NCBI GenBank assembly: GCA_002710785.1
Contig: PAMC01000006.1
Location: forward strand, 1-33,320
Direction: 5' to 3'
Source: a bacterium
GTDB lineage: Bacteria > Patescibacteriota > Minisyncoccia > Phycocordibacterales > UBA918
Length of the DNA stretch: 33,320 bases
Of this stretch, positions 8,516 to 16,797 are shown piece after piece (the stretch's first letter is position 1; each line of letters begins with the position of its first letter). Below the pieces are notes generated by a model. It made no database searches. It was not told where the DNA came from and saw only the letters and a program-made list of their open reading frames with translations. Made by a program: the position numbers and the translations under genes.

Positions 8516-8647
8516 GAGAAGTGGCGGAATAGGTAGACGCGCGAATAAGGGTTTGTAGTAGTGGTACGCGCAGAGTAACCCCGAAAAACCCGGTAACCAG
8601 TCCAGCTCATAAGCGTACTGTTGTGAGGTGCAAATCCTCACCTTCTC
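8516..8647 (+). ncRNA. Non-canonical tRNA-like RNA with 82-nt internal domain, in the tsaD leader
   Basis: GAGAAG/CTTCTC acceptor-like stem, Leu-type D-arm TGGCGGAATAGGTAGACGC, T-arm GTGAGG-TGCAAAT-CCTCAC, and a -10 TATAGT at 8502-8507. Confidence 0.7.
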
Positions 8648-8658
8648 GTAATTTGTGT

Positions 8659-9837
8659 ATGCGAATTCTCTCCATTGAAACATCGTGTGACGAGACCGCT
8701 GTGAGCGTCGTGAGCGTTGGTGGCAAGTTTCCGCACGCTACGTATGCAGTAGCTGGCAACGGCCTGTACTCACAGAGTGACATTCACGCCGAGTTTGGTG
8801 GCGTCTATCCCACGGTCGCCAAGCGCGAGCACGCCAAGGCGCTGGTGCCGATGATGTACAAGGCGCTCGAGGAAGCCGAGCTGGTTAGCGAAGAGCCGAG
8901 CGAACTCAGCAAAGCACAAATGGGCGAGCTGGCGGAAATTATCATCCGTGAGCCAGAGCTCTACACGCAGCTCACACAGTGGGTCGAGCGCTTCGCTAGG
9001 CCCGACATCGACGTCATTGCCGTCACCACCGGCCCAGGCCTGGCACCAGCACTCTGGGTAGGGGTAAATTTTGCCAAAGCGTTAGCAAAAGTATGGGACA
9101 TCCCGGTCGTGCCGGTTAACCACATGGAAGGTCACGTGCTGGCGAGTATTTTTGACGTCGACCAAGACGATATGCTCTCTGACATTACCTTCCCCGCCCT
9201 CTCGCTTTTAATATCTGGTGGACACACTGAGCTGGTGCTGATGCAGAAGTGGGGTCAGTACGAAAAAATTGGCCAAACCCGCGACGACGCCGTCGGTGAA
9301 GCGTTTGATAAAGTAGCGCGCCTCATGGGCTTACCCTACCCCGGTGGCCCGCAAATAAGCAAACTGGCGCAAAAAGCGCGGGTAAAAGAACTGCCACCGT
9401 ACAAAGACGACTTGCCCCGTCCGATGCTCAATAGTGGCGACCTCGACTTCTCTTTCTCGGGCCTTAAAACGTCTGTCCGGTATGCACTTGAGGGCAAGGA
9501 GCTCTCTGAGACCGAACAAATGGCCCTCGCCCGCGACTTCGAAGACTGTGTAGCTGAAACCCTGATTGGTAAAACCAAGCAAGCCCTTGAGCAGACCGGT
9601 GCGCAAACCCTAATTGTTGGCGGTGGCGTCTCAGCCAACCAGTACCTGCGGACTCAGTTTGAACTAGAGCTCACAACCGAGTACCCCGAGCTTACCGTCT
9701 ACTTCCCAATGCCAGGGCTCTCGACTGACAACTCGGTGATGATTGCGCTCGCTGGCCACGCCAAACTCGACGGTAAGCTCGCGCCGCAAGCCGCCGTGGA
9801 GCTCCTTAAAGCCGACGGAAATAAGTCGTTGTCGTAA
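8659..9837 (+). CDS. tsaD: tRNA N6-threonylcarbamoyltransferase TsaD
   Basis: MRILSIETSCDETA, GPGL, VNHMEGH metal motif, SGGHT, DDAVGEAFDK, FSFSGLKT, GGGVSAN, TDNSVMIA. Start set at ATG 8659. Confidence 0.97.
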   Translation: MRILSIETSCDETAVSVVSVGGKFPHATYAVAGNGLYSQSDIHAEFGGVYPTVAKREHAKALVPMMYKALEEAELVSEEPSELSKAQMGELAEIIIREPELYTQLTQWVERFARPDIDVIAVTTGPGLAPALWVGVNFAKALAKVWDIPVVPVNHMEGHVLASIFDVDQDDMLSDITFPALSLLISGGHTELVLMQKWGQYEKIGQTRDDAVGEAFDKVARLMGLPYPGGPQISKLAQKARVKELPPYKDDLPRPMLNSGDLDFSFSGLKTSVRYALEGKELSETEQMALARDFEDCVAETLIGKTKQALEQTGAQTLIVGGGVSANQYLRTQFELELTTEYPELTVYFPMPGLSTDNSVMIALAGHAKLDGKLAPQAAVELLKADGNKSLS

Positions 9838-9881
9838 AAAACTTGCTTTTTAGGTTTGAAAGCGATATAAAGGCGTCAGGG

Positions 9882-9906
9882 AAAGGGCCTTCTTCGGGCC
9901 TTTTTG
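9882..9906 (+). terminator. Intrinsic terminator after tsaD
   Basis: aaagggcct-tcttc-gggccttttt. Confidence 0.65.
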
Positions 9907-9913
9907 TTATGTC

Positions 9914-9987
9914 TTACCGCCTATAGACCAGCGTACTACAGTCTCATACGAGGCTCTTTCCCTAGTACGCTGGTCTATCGGCAGTAA
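9914..9987. repeat. Long intergenic hairpin with a 16-bp perfect core
   Basis: atagaccagcgtacta (9923-9938) / tagtacgctggtctat (9963-9978), with inner and outer stems. Confidence 0.8.
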
Positions 9988-10086
9988 ATGTGGTCGAATG
10001 GTGTGTTTCGCTGTTCGCCCAGTATTATACACGTATTGACAAAAAGCTTGTCCCCTTGTGTAACAGCTCAAAATATTGACTTTTTC

Positions 10087-10114
10087 TTGACAATTTTTAT
10101 AGGAGGAATACCAT
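10087..10114 (+). promoter_or_regulatory. Sigma70-like promoter candidate
   Basis: TTGACA 10087-10092, 16-nt spacer, TACCAT 10109-10114. Confidence 0.4.
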
Positions 10115-10450
10115 GGGTATACAATTACTTGGATGGGGAAGCTGGGTAATCGGGCGTGTGTATGTTTTGGTTCCCTAGAAAAATTGCATACCCTACCACT
10201 TTTCATACTAATTTTTGTCTTGCGCTGTACCTCGGTACAGGTTTTTTATTTCCCTCGAGCAACTAGTGTCACCAACACATGGTGTTCACGTATGAGCTGA
10301 GAAATCCTACCTGGTTGCACTGACCGCAAAACCGCCCGACTTCCCCACTCGTACGTGGACGTGATGCACATCCGTCCACACTAACGTTGTGTTCGTAGAG
10401 GTGGGAACTCGAACAAAACGTTACCTTTACTACGTTAAGCTCTACAACTT

Positions 10451-11209
10451 ATGTCACGAACATATGCTCGTGTGGGTACTACAGTAGTGGCGGCAATCGC
10501 CGTTATCGCAGCACTCGCACTGTACGCGACACCAGCCGAAGCTCATCACCGTGGTGGTGGCGACGACACTCGGGTTCACGTATCTAACGGCGCCCAAGTC
10601 GACAACGACGTACGCGTCCGCGCTAACACTGGCGGCAACGACGCTACTGGCGGTCGCAGTGGCGCAGGTGGCGCTGGCGGTGACGCCCGTGGTCATCGCG
10701 GTGCTGGCGGCGACGGAGGTAACTCTGGTCGCGGAGGTAACGGTGGTTCTATCAACACTGGCGAAGCCATTGCAGTTGGAACAATCCGTAACGACGTCAA
10801 CCATAACAACCTTCGCGTTGAAGGTGGTGACGATGATGACTTCTTCCCGTTCCCTCGTTTCTTCCGTGGAAGCGATGATGACACTACGGTTACTGTACGT
10901 AACCGGGCCAGCGTAATGAACGACCTAGCAGTACGTGCCAACACCGGCGGCAACGTAGCCAACGGTGGCTCTACCGGCAGCGGTGGTGAAGGCGGTGACG
11001 CCGCTCGCTCATGGCAGCGTTGGTGGTGGTGGTGGAATAACGGAGGCGAAGGTGGTAACGGTGGCACCAGCGGAGGCGCTGGTACTGGCGGAACCATCCG
11101 CACTGGCGCAGCTGGTGCTGACGGCCTCGTTGTAAACACCGTCAACCGAAACGTTGTACGCGTTGAAGGTGGTGACGATGATGACAATGGAGTTCCAATG
11201 AACATCTAG
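10451..11209 (+). CDS. Secreted Gly/Asn-rich protein with two ANTGGN..TG(E/A)A repeats
   Basis: Signal peptide ending A-E-A, two internal repeats each ending RVEGGDDDD, and an exact 27-bp DNA repeat at 10814-10840 and 11159-11185. Confidence 0.88.
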   Translation: MSRTYARVGTTVVAAIAVIAALALYATPAEAHHRGGGDDTRVHVSNGAQVDNDVRVRANTGGNDATGGRSGAGGAGGDARGHRGAGGDGGNSGRGGNGGSINTGEAIAVGTIRNDVNHNNLRVEGGDDDDFFPFPRFFRGSDDDTTVTVRNRASVMNDLAVRANTGGNVANGGSTGSGGEGGDAARSWQRWWWWWNNGGEGGNGGTSGGAGTGGTIRTGAAGADGLVVNTVNRNVVRVEGGDDDDNGVPMNI

Positions 11210-11228
11210 TCACGTCCTAACACACACC

Positions 11229-11259
11229 GAGAGGTTTGGGACTTCGGTCCCACCCTCTC
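11229..11259 (+). terminator. Intercistronic C(UUCG)G hairpin (stabiliser or weak terminator)
   Basis: gagagg..tgggac-ttcg-gtccca..cctctc, with no strong U tract. Confidence 0.5.
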
Positions 11260-11299
11260 ATAAGGCTTTGGTGTAAACGAAGTCTTAGTGAGGGTAGGT

Positions 11300-11641
11300 A
11301 TGAAAAAGCTTTTAAAAACATTCGTTGGAGTGATGGGCGTCTGCGTGCTCACGGCACCATTGCTCACACTTGCGTATACGTCGGTTAGTAACTCGGTGTC
11401 GGTTTCCGCCAGCGGCGGCGAGTCTTCGGCGAGCGTGACCACAATCATCAATGGCGACGTGGTCGAGTCGTTTGAAAAGACCACGACCGACGGCGAACCA
11501 ATCGAGTACCAACACACCGTCACCGCCACCTCCAACCAGTCAGTAACGACTATCGAAACGAATACAGTAACTCACGATCGGGCGGCCCTCATGCAACAAT
11601 TACGAGCTCTACTTCTTGCGTATGTTTTACGTTTTCAATAA
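11300..11641 (+). CDS. Small secreted Ser/Thr-rich protein (113 aa)
   Basis: MKK signal peptide, SVSNSVSVSASGG segment resembling the first half of the operon repeat. Overlaps the start of the next gene. Confidence 0.8.
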   Translation: MKKLLKTFVGVMGVCVLTAPLLTLAYTSVSNSVSVSASGGESSASVTTIINGDVVESFEKTTTDGEPIEYQHTVTATSNQSVTTIETNTVTHDRAALMQQLRALLLAYVLRFQ

Positions 11642-14447
11642 GCACAATACTGCCTTTCGCGTACTTGCGGCGCTGATGATCTTTGTGTACGCAGCGTGGC
11701 TCACACCAGGTGTAGTGGCCGCCAACGAGCCACCGATTGAAGAACCTGAACCGGTGGTGGCGGAGATTCTTGAGACTGAAACCGCTGAGCCGTCGAAAAC
11801 AGAGACTGGTGGCGGTGGAGACATTGAAACCGGCGACGCAGTCAGTGAGACAACACTCGAATCAAACCTCAACTACACCGAGACCGAAACAGCAACCAGC
11901 AGCGCGGGGGGATCGAGCGATGCCGAAGTAGAAGATGCGTCTGTCGAAACCACCGAACCGTCTGCTTCCACAACAGAAACTATCGCCACAGAGAATGGTT
12001 CAAGTACGGCGTCTACTACCCCTGCCCACGGCACAACCACAATCGCAATTGAAAACGCGGCCACCTCTACCACCAACGCCACAACAACCGCTAACAGTGG
12101 CGGCAACACGGCGGTGGGTGCAGACGGCAGCATCACCACCGGTGACGCAGTCGCCTACGTAGATGTTGTGAATGTGGTAAACACCAACATCACCGACTCC
12201 ACCGGGCTGATGGACTTTATCCATAACACCCTGGGACACCAAAACATTGACCTGCGAAACGACTTCGTCAGTACATTCGTTGACACCAACACGGCTGAGA
12301 GTACTTCTCCGTGCGGCGTGACTGTGTGTGGCGACACCGCAGTGCACGCCACAAACACCGCGGTCATCACCAACGACATTGTAGTCACCGCCAATAGTGG
12401 CGGTAACCAGGTGGGTGCAGACGGCAGCATCACCACTGGTGACGCGTACGCGAGCGCGAACATCATTAACGTTGCCAACACTAACATCACCGATTCTAAC
12501 TACCTGCTCTTGGTGTTTAATAACTTTAATGATCTCTCAGGCGATATTGTGCTGCCGAGCAGCTCCTTCTTTGCTGATATATTTGCTGGCCCACACGGTG
12601 GCACTCAAGCTGTAACCACTAGCAACGACGCAACGGTCACTAACGACGTAGCGGTTGGTGCGCATACCGGCGACAACAGTACTGAGAGTGGCACCGTGGT
12701 GACCGGCAGTAGTATCGCTACCGCAAACGTACTCAACCAGCTCAATACTAACCTTGTTAACACCAGCTCATTCTCAATGCTCATCCGGGTCCACGGCGAG
12801 TGGAGCGGCGACATTTACGGCCTCCCCGAAGGTATGAGCTGGGAGCAAACGAGCGACGGTGTCCGCGTCTACAGCACTAGTGGTGGAAGTGGTAGTGGTG
12901 GTGGTTCACACAGCTACACCAACCAAGCAACCATTAGCAACGACGTTGAGGTGTACGCACTCACCGGCGACAACCGCGCCGGCAACAACGGGAGCATTAC
13001 GACCGGTGACGCGGTGGCCGATGCCAACATCATCAATATCGCTAACACCAATGTGGTAAGTAGCAACTGGTCAAATCTTATCTTCTCTATCTACGGAGAT
13101 TGGAATGGCAATCTAAGCTTTGGTGCTACCGACTTGTGGCTCGGTGTACAAGCCGAGTCTGCGCGAACGCCACTCATGCCGGGTGATGAGGTGCGCTACA
13201 CCTACACCGTCTTCAACATGGGTGATGTGACTGCCCGCGACGTAATGCTCAACATCCAAACCGAGCTCGACAGCTTGCAGTTCACCTCTGGCACTGCACT
13301 AACCGGGGCAACCAGTACGTACACCCGCCAGTGGAACGTGCCTGACTTAGCTCCTGGCGAAACGTACGAGTTTACCGCGCCAGCAAGCATTCACGCCGGA
13401 CTGCCAAGTGACGTGCAGTCAGCGGTACCACTCTACGCCCACGTCTACTCAAGCGGTGTCGATGCCGACCCAGGCAACAATAGCGACGATATTATCGTCT
13501 ACGTTGGAGAAACGCGCAGCAATGACGCCAACTATAGCCCGCGCTTCCCTGCTAAGCTCACAGTGACGAAAACAGCCACAGCAGCTACTGCGCAGATCGG
13601 CGACACAATCGACTACACCATCACCATCCATAACCGCGGCGGCCAACTCTTTGAGGCGCTCTTAGTTGATACGCTCCGCGATAGTGCTGGTACCATTCTC
13701 AACGAGCAGGTATGGCCACTGGACACTATCCGCAACGACGACACCATTACCGTGGAGTACAGCATTGTTCTTGACGGTACTACCAACAACACTGAACTCA
13801 CAAACGAGGCACAGGTGGTCGGCTTTCATGGCAGCACAGTGCGCAAGTACCAGGTCGCGTACGAATCTGAAATTGCGTCACACACCCTTACTGTGGGTGA
13901 ACCGGAGGCCCGCGTGCTTGGCGCTAGTACCACCTGCACGCCGTACCTCACCACCTACCTGCGCTATGGTGCCGCCAACGACGCTACTGACACTGAGCGA
14001 CTTAACGCCTTCTTACAAGTGTATACCGACGAGCAGCTTGAAGTTACTGATCAATTTACGGCTGCAACCGAACGAGCTGTGCGCCAATTCCAAGCCGAGC
14101 AGGCTGCGGAGGTGCTGGCTCCGTGGGGAATTGCCGGGCCAACTGGCTACGTCTACTACACCACGCAAAAGCGAATCAACGAGATTATGTGTGAGGGTAC
14201 GGTCGCTTTCCCGCTCAGCAGTGTGCAGCTACAAGAAATTGCCTGGTACCGCAACCAGCGCCCAACTATCGCGAGCAACACTGGCGGCAACCCAACACCC
14301 GAAGCGTCAGTAGCACAAACTAACGTACGCGACGAAAACCAAACCCAGTGGCCGCTAGCACTGCCAAGCAGCAGCCTCCTTGGCGTTTGGCAAAACCGGG
14401 TGGAATCACTGGCCAAGCGAGTGCGCGACAGCCTTTCAATCCGCTAG
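11622..14447 (+). CDS. Large secreted protein: four ANSGGN..ITTGDA repeats, two DUF11/Ig-like domains and a peptidoglycan-binding-like domain
   Basis: Signal peptide, repeats (27-bp exact DNA repeat at 12113-12139 and 12410-12436), PGDEVRYTYTVFN and LTVTKT..GDTIDYTITIHN, VLGASTTC..YLRYG..ATERAVRQFQ. Confidence 0.88.
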   Translation: MFYVFNKHNTAFRVLAALMIFVYAAWLTPGVVAANEPPIEEPEPVVAEILETETAEPSKTETGGGGDIETGDAVSETTLESNLNYTETETATSSAGGSSDAEVEDASVETTEPSASTTETIATENGSSTASTTPAHGTTTIAIENAATSTTNATTTANSGGNTAVGADGSITTGDAVAYVDVVNVVNTNITDSTGLMDFIHNTLGHQNIDLRNDFVSTFVDTNTAESTSPCGVTVCGDTAVHATNTAVITNDIVVTANSGGNQVGADGSITTGDAYASANIINVANTNITDSNYLLLVFNNFNDLSGDIVLPSSSFFADIFAGPHGGTQAVTTSNDATVTNDVAVGAHTGDNSTESGTVVTGSSIATANVLNQLNTNLVNTSSFSMLIRVHGEWSGDIYGLPEGMSWEQTSDGVRVYSTSGGSGSGGGSHSYTNQATISNDVEVYALTGDNRAGNNGSITTGDAVADANIINIANTNVVSSNWSNLIFSIYGDWNGNLSFGATDLWLGVQAESARTPLMPGDEVRYTYTVFNMGDVTARDVMLNIQTELDSLQFTSGTALTGATSTYTRQWNVPDLAPGETYEFTAPASIHAGLPSDVQSAVPLYAHVYSSGVDADPGNNSDDIIVYVGETRSNDANYSPRFPAKLTVTKTATAATAQIGDTIDYTITIHNRGGQLFEALLVDTLRDSAGTILNEQVWPLDTIRNDDTITVEYSIVLDGTTNNTELTNEAQVVGFHGSTVRKYQVAYESEIASHTLTVGEPEARVLGASTTCTPYLTTYLRYGAANDATDTERLNAFLQVYTDEQLEVTDQFTAATERAVRQFQAEQAAEVLAPWGIAGPTGYVYYTTQKRINEIMCEGTVAFPLSSVQLQEIAWYRNQRPTIASNTGGNPTPEASVAQTNVRDENQTQWPLALPSSSLLGVWQNRVESLAKRVRDSLSIR

Positions 14448-14516
14448 TAGTAATTGCCTCGCGAAGAACGCAGCAAACCTTTAAATGGCTACGCAGTCGT
14501 GCTACGATGGCACTCT

Positions 14517-16754
14517 ATGAGCGAGGAGCAAAAACAACCAGAAAAACAGGATATTCCTGAAGTTTTTCTGAGTCCGTACAACCCCAAAGAACACGAAGAT
14601 GCGCTCTACCACATGTGGGAAGAGAGTGGCTATTTTAACCCCGACGTGTGTATCGAAAAAGGTGTCACTGCACCCGACGCGGAGCCGTTTTCGATGGTGC
14701 TCCCGCCCCCAAACGTAACCGGCACGCTCCACATGGGTCATGCCGCAATGCTGGCTGTAGAAGACATCCTTACCCGGTACAACCGTATGCTCGGGAAGCG
14801 CACGCTGTGGATCCCCGGGACCGACTCTGCCGCCATGGCTACGCAGAGTAAGGTTGAAGGTCTCATCTACAAAGAAGAGAAGAAGCGTCGCGACGAGATT
14901 GGTCGTGAGGAACTTTTAAAACGTATTAATGCTTTTGCTGAAGAGAGCAAAGACACCATCATTGGCCAGACCAAGAAAATGGGCTCGAGTCTCGATTGGA
15001 GCCGCTATGCCTTTACGCTTGATGAAACCCGCTACAACGCGGTCATGGAGGCCTTTGTTCGTATGTACAATGACGGACTTATTTACCGCGGTGCCCGCAG
15101 CGTGAACTGGGACCCAGCCATGCAGACAACGGTGTCTGACGACGAGGTCGTCTACGAAGAAAAGAACAGTCCCTTCTACTATTTTAAGTACGGCCCGTTC
15201 ACGATTGGCACGGTGCGCCCGGAGACTAAGTTTGGCGACAAGTACGTGGTGATGCACCCCGACGACAAGCGCTACGCCGAGTACGAACATGGCCAGCAAA
15301 TTGATGTTGAGTGGATCAACGGTCCGATTACCGCCACCATTATTAAAGACGAAGCAGCCGACCCGGAGATGGGCTCGGGCGTCATGACTATCACCCCGTG
15401 GCACAGTGCTGTCGACTTCGAGATCGCGCAGCGGCACAACCTCGATATAGAGCAAGTTATTGATGAGCGGGGGTGCCTGATGGAAATTGCTGGTGAGTTT
15501 GCCGGCATGCACATCAAAAAAGCCCGGCCGGCCATTATTGAGAAAATGCAAGCCAAGGGACTCATCGAGAAAGTTGATGAGAGCTACACACACAACGTCG
15601 CCACCAACGAACGCGGCGGTGGCATGATCGAGCCGCAAATTAAAGAGCAATGGTTTATTGCGGTCAATAAAGAGTTTGCCATGGGGCACTCAGAGGTTCC
15701 GGGCGTGGCTGAAGGTGACACGGTAACCTTAAAAGAACTCATGATTAAAACCGTCGAATCTGGCGGTACCGAGATCTTCCCTGAGCGCTTCAAACGGGTG
15801 TACTACAACTGGATTAATAACCTGCACGATTGGTGTATCTCGAGGCAGATTTGGTACGGGCACCGCATTCCAGCTTGGTTTAAAAACAGCGAAGTGAAAG
15901 TGCAGGTAGAGAGCCCTGGCGCTGGCTGGGAGCAAGACCCAGACACACTCGACACCTGGTTCTCGAGTGGGTTATGGACGATGTCGACTCTCGGCTGGCC
16001 AGCGGCAACCGACGATTTTGCCACCTACCACCCAACGACAGTCCTCGAGACTGGTTACGACATTATCTTCTTTTGGGTGGCGCGCATGATTCTCATGACC
16101 ACCTACTTAACCGGCCAGGTACCTTTTAAAAACGTCTACCTCCACGGCCTCGTTCGAGACAAAAGCGGCAAAAAGATGAGCAAGAGCCTCGGCAACGTTA
16201 TTAACCCGCTCGACATGATTGAACAGTTCGGTGCCGATGCTACCCGCCTCTCGCTGATTGTTGGTGCGGCACCCGGCAACGATATGCCGCTCGGCGAAGA
16301 CAAGGTGCGGGCGTACAAAAAGTTTGCTAACAAAATTTGGAACATCAGCCGTTTTATCTTGACCAGCGTCGCTGACGCCGAGCAAAGCGCCACACCAGTC
16401 CTGAGTGAGCGCGATCAGGAAATCTTGGCCGGACTGGCTCGCACTGTGACTGAAGTAAGTGCTGAGATTGATAGGTTTAACCTCTACATCGCCGCAGAGA
16501 AGTCCTACCACTATGTCTGGCACGAGCTGGCTGATGTAATTCTCGAAGAATCGAAAGATATTATTAACGGTGACGACGCAGCAGCCAAAGCGGCGCGACA
16601 ATACGTACTCACTCGTTGTCTCATCGACTCACTCAAGCTGCTCCACCCGTTTATGCCTTTCATTACCGAAGCCGTTTGGCAAGAACTGCCTGAGGAAATG
16701 CGTGACGCTGAACAGCTGATGGTTGCACCGTGGCCAGTTGCGAAAGCTGAGTAG
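14517..16754 (+). CDS. valS: Valine--tRNA ligase (short form)
   Basis: PPPNVTGTLHMGH, DWCISRQIWYGHRIP, DTLDTWFSS, KMSKS, LLHPFMPFITE. Start set at ATG 14517. Confidence 0.98.
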   Translation: MSEEQKQPEKQDIPEVFLSPYNPKEHEDALYHMWEESGYFNPDVCIEKGVTAPDAEPFSMVLPPPNVTGTLHMGHAAMLAVEDILTRYNRMLGKRTLWIPGTDSAAMATQSKVEGLIYKEEKKRRDEIGREELLKRINAFAEESKDTIIGQTKKMGSSLDWSRYAFTLDETRYNAVMEAFVRMYNDGLIYRGARSVNWDPAMQTTVSDDEVVYEEKNSPFYYFKYGPFTIGTVRPETKFGDKYVVMHPDDKRYAEYEHGQQIDVEWINGPITATIIKDEAADPEMGSGVMTITPWHSAVDFEIAQRHNLDIEQVIDERGCLMEIAGEFAGMHIKKARPAIIEKMQAKGLIEKVDESYTHNVATNERGGGMIEPQIKEQWFIAVNKEFAMGHSEVPGVAEGDTVTLKELMIKTVESGGTEIFPERFKRVYYNWINNLHDWCISRQIWYGHRIPAWFKNSEVKVQVESPGAGWEQDPDTLDTWFSSGLWTMSTLGWPAATDDFATYHPTTVLETGYDIIFFWVARMILMTTYLTGQVPFKNVYLHGLVRDKSGKKMSKSLGNVINPLDMIEQFGADATRLSLIVGAAPGNDMPLGEDKVRAYKKFANKIWNISRFILTSVADAEQSATPVLSERDQEILAGLARTVTEVSAEIDRFNLYIAAEKSYHYVWHELADVILEESKDIINGDDAAAKAARQYVLTRCLIDSLKLLHPFMPFITEAVWQELPEEMRDAEQLMVAPWPVAKAE

Positions 16755-16797
16755 TTTGGTAAGTTGGGGTTAGGCGAGAAACATCAAGGTAAGACTG

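Noticed and set aside
8516-8647. tmRNA or ordinary tRNA-Leu call for the tRNA-like element
   Set aside because: No Ala identity (G3:U70, ACCA end) or tag ORF, no canonical anticodon arm, and a non-standard T-loop and stem lengths.
10814-12436. 27-bp direct repeats as a CRISPR array or DGR template/variable pair
   Set aside because: Each occurs only twice, in frame within protein repeats. There are no cas or reverse transcriptase genes and no adenine-specific mismatch pattern.
14454-14516. Upstream TTG start for valS
   Set aside because: The region holds a -10 element (TACGAT) 8 nt before ATG 14517, which fits the window's start pattern.
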